Below, piece by piece: positions 60,901 to 64,000 of a stretch of 64,000 bases of DNA (positions within the stretch are counted from its first letter, which is position 1; the number at the start of each line of letters is the position of its first letter). Under the pieces are notes generated by a model. The model searched no databases, was not told the DNA's origin, and saw only the letters and a list, made by a program, of their open reading frames with translations. This stretch comes from Bacteroidales bacterium (GTDB taxonomy: Bacteria > Bacteroidota > Bacteroidia > Bacteroidales > NBLH01). Made by a program: the position numbers and the translations under genes. The stretch covers positions 6,943-70,942 of the forward strand of contig JBNKJW010000241.1 in assembly GCA_050291445.1 (NCBI GenBank), read 5' to 3'.

Positions 60901-61110
60901 GAATACAGCGGAGAAAAGTTAATGACCAAAAATTTTAGAAAGTATTTATTAAAATCGCAACACCTTTCCATGGAAAACCAGGGCAAATACCTTGAAGAAA
61001 AACTTGCAGATTGGCAGGGTAAAATAGATCAGGTGGATGATATATTGGTGATGGGGCTGAAAATTGACTTTAACAACAGGCAAACTGATCAGCAACACAA
61101 CACCACTTAA
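57904..61110 (+). CDS. sensor protein: two-component-regulator propeller repeats + Y_Y_Y domain + TM helix + PP2C/SpoIIE phosphatase
   Basis: Repeated G(T)xxGLxxF/Y propeller blades. Y_Y_Y-type block YKTMLEGAEKEWQP...GEYTFKVKAKNSAGIWNEKPVTFSFRIKPPFWK. TM helix AAWFWVVVSIIVVSAIFAYI, a coiled coil, and a SpoIIE-like GDYYWA...AAVDCTGHGVPGAFMS...DGYIDQ. Confidence 0.85.
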   Translation: MQKAKLTIKNIIFILLSLTLGGNTFSQSYYFDNYSVREGLAQSTVYDILQDSSGYVWLGTSAGVSRFDGIKFNNYSYRNGLGKNAVQKVIEDKYGNLWFGHKGGAISRLKNDTIQTFYLDTTQVDITTLHEDKEGNIWAGTFGIGCFKIKNPNTQLLKNIDFIQYKEKLNKYVFKVFEKRDGTLFFIVHGGIKYFDEKVGEFKYYRPENLPQFYQFTCMFEDSKGNLWFGTDIGGLYKSNKNGSYTSYMVKDGLASNFISTISEDKSGKIWLGTWGEGINTISGDKIETYNKINGLPDSKIRCIVNDLEGNVLIGTNENGLCIFKGSGFINYHQKDGINGEHVNAILQDKNGAFWFGTDSGLTVFNQQPGVSEKTKYYNTSNNKIPEDRIHFIKEDNNGTIWIAGENTVVSNTPGTEEFIYNLYINGYIRHNNVITSMVIDKHNSIWIGTIEGLFVYDIDLDAISQFSKESGLASDNISALFCDSKNRVWIGCEQMGLTVFDPVDTLFINIKEPTGFTPISITESFDNKIWVGTQSQGILVFDNYALHQHFTYEKELLSNNITDLHSAINDNIYIGTSRGLNKYNPKEQRFSSYSGKTGFTGIEVKKSSGFIDKDGNVWLGTVKGATKIILAQNQDNLLEPRTHINKLRVNQKEVKLQNNITLSYLENSIIFDYTSICLSDPDAVEYKTMLEGAEKEWQPVTKQTTASYTGLPHGEYTFKVKAKNSAGIWNEKPVTFSFRIKPPFWKAAWFWVVVSIIVVSAIFAYIKVREQKLVKEKQVLEEKVRERTIEISDKNKKLEAFNKNITGSIKYAKRIQDAMLPNDEHLNSILPEHFILYKPRDIVSGDYYWATKKEDHLIVAAVDCTGHGVPGAFMSMLGITLLDEIINKKNITDTAEILNQMRQAVITSLKQRGIRGETQDGMDVAIVSINTATLEAQFSGAYNPLYLIRKDKLIRYKGNRMPIGIYYKKTGDFSSKTIQFEKDDRIYLFTDGYIDQFNEYSGEKLMTKNFRKYLLKSQHLSMENQGKYLEEKLADWQGKIDQVDDILVMGLKIDFNNRQTDQQHNTT

Positions 61111-61466
61111 TCCACTAAAAAACAAGGCCTTGCATACAGAGCACAAGGTTACTATTTACTCCCTCCAAAGTTCTGATTTCTAATTTTTCGCCAAGGGATA
61201 TTATTTTCTACATAAAAATCAAAGTCATTTCAAGAGCAACTTTTTAAGCAGCAAGGTTTAGAATTTGTTTACACGTTACTTAGACACACAGCAACCAGGC
61301 TTGCCTAATTGCTCAACCTGAAAACCTTATCATATTGAATCGAAATATTACATTTGATACAACACGATTACCAAATTAAAAAAAACATTTTTCACATCTT
61401 CTTCCAGAATAAAATAATATTTTGCTCGTTTGTAAGAAGTAGTTAACTTAGTCTAACATTAAAAAA

Positions 61467-62138
61467 TTGAAAATTCTAAAAGCTAATAAAATGAAGACAA
61501 GAAGAAACTTAAAATCATTTACCTTAATAAAAAACAGTTTGGTTTTACTTGCTTTAGCAGCACTAATGGTTGGCCCAATTGGATGTAAATCAAAAAAGCC
61601 AGTTGTTGTGGATGACACTGATAATACTGAAAAAGTTGATACAAAACTTGTGCAGGCAAAAGCAACCTTAAAAGAACTGTTGAGTGATAATTGTACAAAA
61701 AGTATTGAAGAAAAAGAAAAAATTCTAGCAGAAATGAAAGCGATGAACTCTGATGATGCAGAGTTACAATCATTGATTAAGCAGGTGGAAGAAAACATTA
61801 AAAAGGAAAAAGAAGAAATAAGAATTGCCGAAGAAAAAGCCAAAGAAGCTGCAAAGCCCGAAAACAGATTAAGAAGATACTTTGATGGCATTGCAAAAGC
61901 ATCTGACGATGCTGCAGCGAATCAATTAATTACAGAGGCTCTGGAAATGTTTACTTCAGAAAAATCAAACGTTTTAATAATTATTGCAGAAGAAGGAGCA
62001 ATTAAAGATTACGACAAGCCAACAAAAATTGATGCCTACCTGAATTATTTAAAAACAACAAAAAACAACATCGACGATGTTGATGAAATTAAGTGGGAAG
62101 GTGAAAAAATCAAAACCCTTATTTTAAGGAAAAAGTAA
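61467..62138 (+). CDS. hypothetical lipoprotein
   Basis: Signal with lipobox LMVGPIGC|KSKK. E/K-rich helical middle region. Same strand as its neighbours. Confidence 0.6.
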   Translation: MKILKANKMKTRRNLKSFTLIKNSLVLLALAALMVGPIGCKSKKPVVVDDTDNTEKVDTKLVQAKATLKELLSDNCTKSIEEKEKILAEMKAMNSDDAELQSLIKQVEENIKKEKEEIRIAEEKAKEAAKPENRLRRYFDGIAKASDDAAANQLITEALEMFTSEKSNVLIIIAEEGAIKDYDKPTKIDAYLNYLKTTKNNIDDVDEIKWEGEKIKTLILRKK

Positions 62139-62160
62139 TTAGGTATTAAAAGATAAAAAA

Positions 62161-62739
62161 ATGAAGAAACTAAAATATTTATTCGTCATAAGTGCTTGTA
62201 CCATATTCATGCAACAAGCTATTGCTCAAGACGATATAAGTCCTCAAAGAAAAGCAGCCATTGACTCTCTTGCACTTGAAAAAGTTAGAGACTTAAGTAA
62301 GTATATTAGCATACTGGGCAACCAGGAAACCCCATGGTCAAAAGCAAAGGATGTTATTGACCGTGCACTGGAACTTTTTATGGATGATGCCGTAATGGAG
62401 GTATCCTCACTTTACAGAAAAAAAGTAAGTGTTTATCCGATAAAAGAGTATTTGGAGCGACTAACAAGGTTAAATTATGCAAAAGTTAACATTACCTGGT
62501 TTAACATCCAGTATGTCAGCGACCTTGTAAAACAACCCGATGGACGTTATGTTGGCGTTATTACCATCTTTCAGAAATTTGAAGGTGTAACTAAGGAAGG
62601 GCTTGTTTACAAAGACATTACAAAAAAAGACATCACCGTGTATGTTGAACGCAAACAGACCCAGATTGATGGGATACCTGTAGGCTTCTGGGATGTTTTA
62701 CTTGGTGATATACGTGTGAAAGAAACCACGAAAGGATAA
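62161..62739 (+). CDS. hypothetical secreted protein
   Basis: Signal peptide MKKLKYLFVISACTIFMQQAIAQ. No family recognised. Confidence 0.6.
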   Translation: MKKLKYLFVISACTIFMQQAIAQDDISPQRKAAIDSLALEKVRDLSKYISILGNQETPWSKAKDVIDRALELFMDDAVMEVSSLYRKKVSVYPIKEYLERLTRLNYAKVNITWFNIQYVSDLVKQPDGRYVGVITIFQKFEGVTKEGLVYKDITKKDITVYVERKQTQIDGIPVGFWDVLLGDIRVKETTKG

Positions 62740-62801
62740 ATTCCCAATTTTAAACAAGGGGTGAACCCGCAGTTAAAGTTGAGGGCAACTTCAAATTATA
62801 T

Positions 62802-62867
62802 ATTGGTATATTAGTGTATTAAAAACGGAATTGTTCTGTGTTAAAACCAACCCACTAATATACCAAT
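62802..62867. repeat. 15-bp perfect inverted repeat with 36-nt spacer
   Basis: attggtatattagtg (62802-62816) and cactaatataccaat (62853-62867), in the intergenic gap. Confidence 0.8.
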
Positions 62868-62978
62868 TTCAAATACACAAAACAGGTAATAGATACGCTA
62901 TGTAATGCCTGACATTTCATTTATTTGACCAACTTTGTTAAGACGAACCAACATCAAATGTCTTAAAAAAATAAAAAC

Positions 62979-63806
62979 ATGCGCACTACTATTATTACAT
63001 GCCTTGGAATACTTCTGGTATTTTCATCAGCACAAGCACAAAGTATTTACAATCAAACTGAAGATGAGTCTTCATTATATGCCTCAACTAAGCAGGTGAA
63101 CCAGTTTATCAGAAGGTTTAATGGCGAAGAAGACTTTAAGGGTGAAAGACTTTATCCAAAAGATAAGAAATACAGAAACCAGGGCTTAAGAAAAACCTAC
63201 TTAAACAACTTGTTTGATTTTGAAAATAGCTCGTTGCAATCTTCTAAAAAAGAATTTATTTCGCAGATTAATTCAGGCAGTCGTCCTGAGTATTTCGATT
63301 TCTATGGTGGAAGATGGTTTGCAGAAGTATCTGCCAAATTCCTGTTTAATGGAAAAGAAGAAGATGTTGTAATGTTTTTGAAACTTGAAAAAGAAACCGG
63401 CGGGTATAAATGGTCATTTACAGGCATTTATGCCAGATTTTTTGAGCAACAATTTAAAACATCACCTCCTACAAAAACAAAGTTTATTCACCCAATGAGT
63501 CACGAGGTAGACTTTATGAGCCTGAGAAAAGTTTTTAAAAACAGTAATAAAATTGAACATTATGCTCATAAAGATTATTCACCAGATTATTTAAGTTTGT
63601 TCTTTTATGAAATAAAAAGAGGTAAACTGACATTTCAGTCTATCACGAATGTTAAATTTCATGTTTTCCAAATTAACAACTGGTATTTTGAAATGCAGTA
63701 TTTCAACAGAAAAGGGGATAATACTGGTTGGTTAATTTCTAATCTTGTAAAAATTCCTGAAAAAGATAAAGCTTCATTAATAAAAACAATCAGTCATGAG
63801 AACTAA
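62979..63806 (+). CDS. hypothetical secreted protein
   Basis: Signal peptide MRTTIITCLGILLVFSSAQAQ. No family recognised. Confidence 0.6.
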   Translation: MRTTIITCLGILLVFSSAQAQSIYNQTEDESSLYASTKQVNQFIRRFNGEEDFKGERLYPKDKKYRNQGLRKTYLNNLFDFENSSLQSSKKEFISQINSGSRPEYFDFYGGRWFAEVSAKFLFNGKEEDVVMFLKLEKETGGYKWSFTGIYARFFEQQFKTSPPTKTKFIHPMSHEVDFMSLRKVFKNSNKIEHYAHKDYSPDYLSLFFYEIKRGKLTFQSITNVKFHVFQINNWYFEMQYFNRKGDNTGWLISNLVKIPEKDKASLIKTISHEN

Positions 63807-64000
63807 ACCTTTAATTGCTCAACTTTTTTTAATACTGGCACTTTCTTTTTTCACAAACAGTTTATTGTTTGCGCAAAAAGCAAAACATAAAAAGAAAAAT
63901 AAAGAAGATGTTGATTCAAGCCTTGTAGAACATCAAAATAAAGCTGCCGAACTTATTGAATTTATGTCGGGCACGCTAAATGCCATTGGAAGCGAAAACA
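63796..64000 (+). CDS. hypothetical secreted protein, N-terminal part (runs off the window)
   Basis: The ATG at 63796 overlaps the previous gene by 11 nt. MRTKPLIAQLFLILALSFFTNSLLFAQ is signal-like, and the frame is open to nt 64000. Confidence 0.5.
   Translation, partial: MRTKPLIAQLFLILALSFFTNSLLFAQKAKHKKKNKEDVDSSLVEHQNKAAELIEFMSGTLNAIGSEN

Noticed and set aside
61448-61891. 147-aa minus-strand ORF overlapping the lipoprotein gene
   Set aside because: The + strand ORF has a signal peptide with lipobox and matches the orientation of its neighbours. The antisense ORF is a low-complexity S/F/L-rich mirror of E/K-rich coding DNA.
1-64000. Searched by eye for CRISPR arrays, rRNA, integrase/transposase genes, toxin-antitoxin pairs and prophage structural genes
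   Set aside because: I recognised none. No regularly spaced short direct repeats are present, and no ORF has recombinase, DDE or capsid-like motifs. Mobility of the island therefore remains inferred rather than shown.

Overview
AT-rich, Bacteroidota-type chromosomal segment. Evidence for the phylum: Bacteroidetes order of the str/S10/spc/alpha ribosomal cluster without tuf, a ~285-aa primary sigma factor, a PorQ-like T9SS gene, a Y_Y_Y sensor and a TAnnTTTG-type promoter box. The window has three parts. (1) 1-16.3 kb is a single-strand defence island: a partial WYL regulator, a 602-aa orphan protein, and a type I R-M system. The R-M operon is split. hsdM-hsdS (2630-5414) is separated from hsdR (12739-16236) by a tightly coupled four-gene cassette that I cannot assign to any named defence system. 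The cassette encodes a GIY-YIG protein, a 383-aa unknown, a dual-HKD PLD nuclease with a long C-terminal extension, and a 1170-aa SNF2-like ATPase whose C-lobe is split by a ~350-aa insertion. hsdM carries an in-frame GC-rich mini-insertion, and hsdS carries a C5-T-C8/A7 homopolymer block at the TRD1/central-spacer junction. (2) 16.3-19.3 kb is the island boundary and looks like junk-yard sequence. It holds two ~208-bp direct repeats (~90% identity) bracketing an orphan capD-like gene, a ~225-bp MITE-like palindromic element, a 40-nt fragment copied from rpoA, and tRNA-Ser(GCU). (3) 19.7-64 kb is mostly housekeeping. It contains rpoD, an SPFH-GYF/zinc-ribbon pair, pgi, a MATE pump and an outer-membrane protein. 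It also contains a complete ribosomal cluster from rpsL to rplQ (28.7-46.6 kb), including rpmJ and rpmD, which are missing from the ORF track. Further genes are an EF-G paralogue lacking the catalytic His, PorQ-like, DMT, a saccharopine-dehydrogenase family gene, aspA-like, an HTH-less sigma-54 activator, a TPR-caspase protein, a Y_Y_Y-SpoIIE sensor phosphatase and four small secreted proteins. I saw no rRNA, CRISPR array, integrase or transposase. All calls rest on reading the translated ORFs and the DNA by eye; no database search was run.
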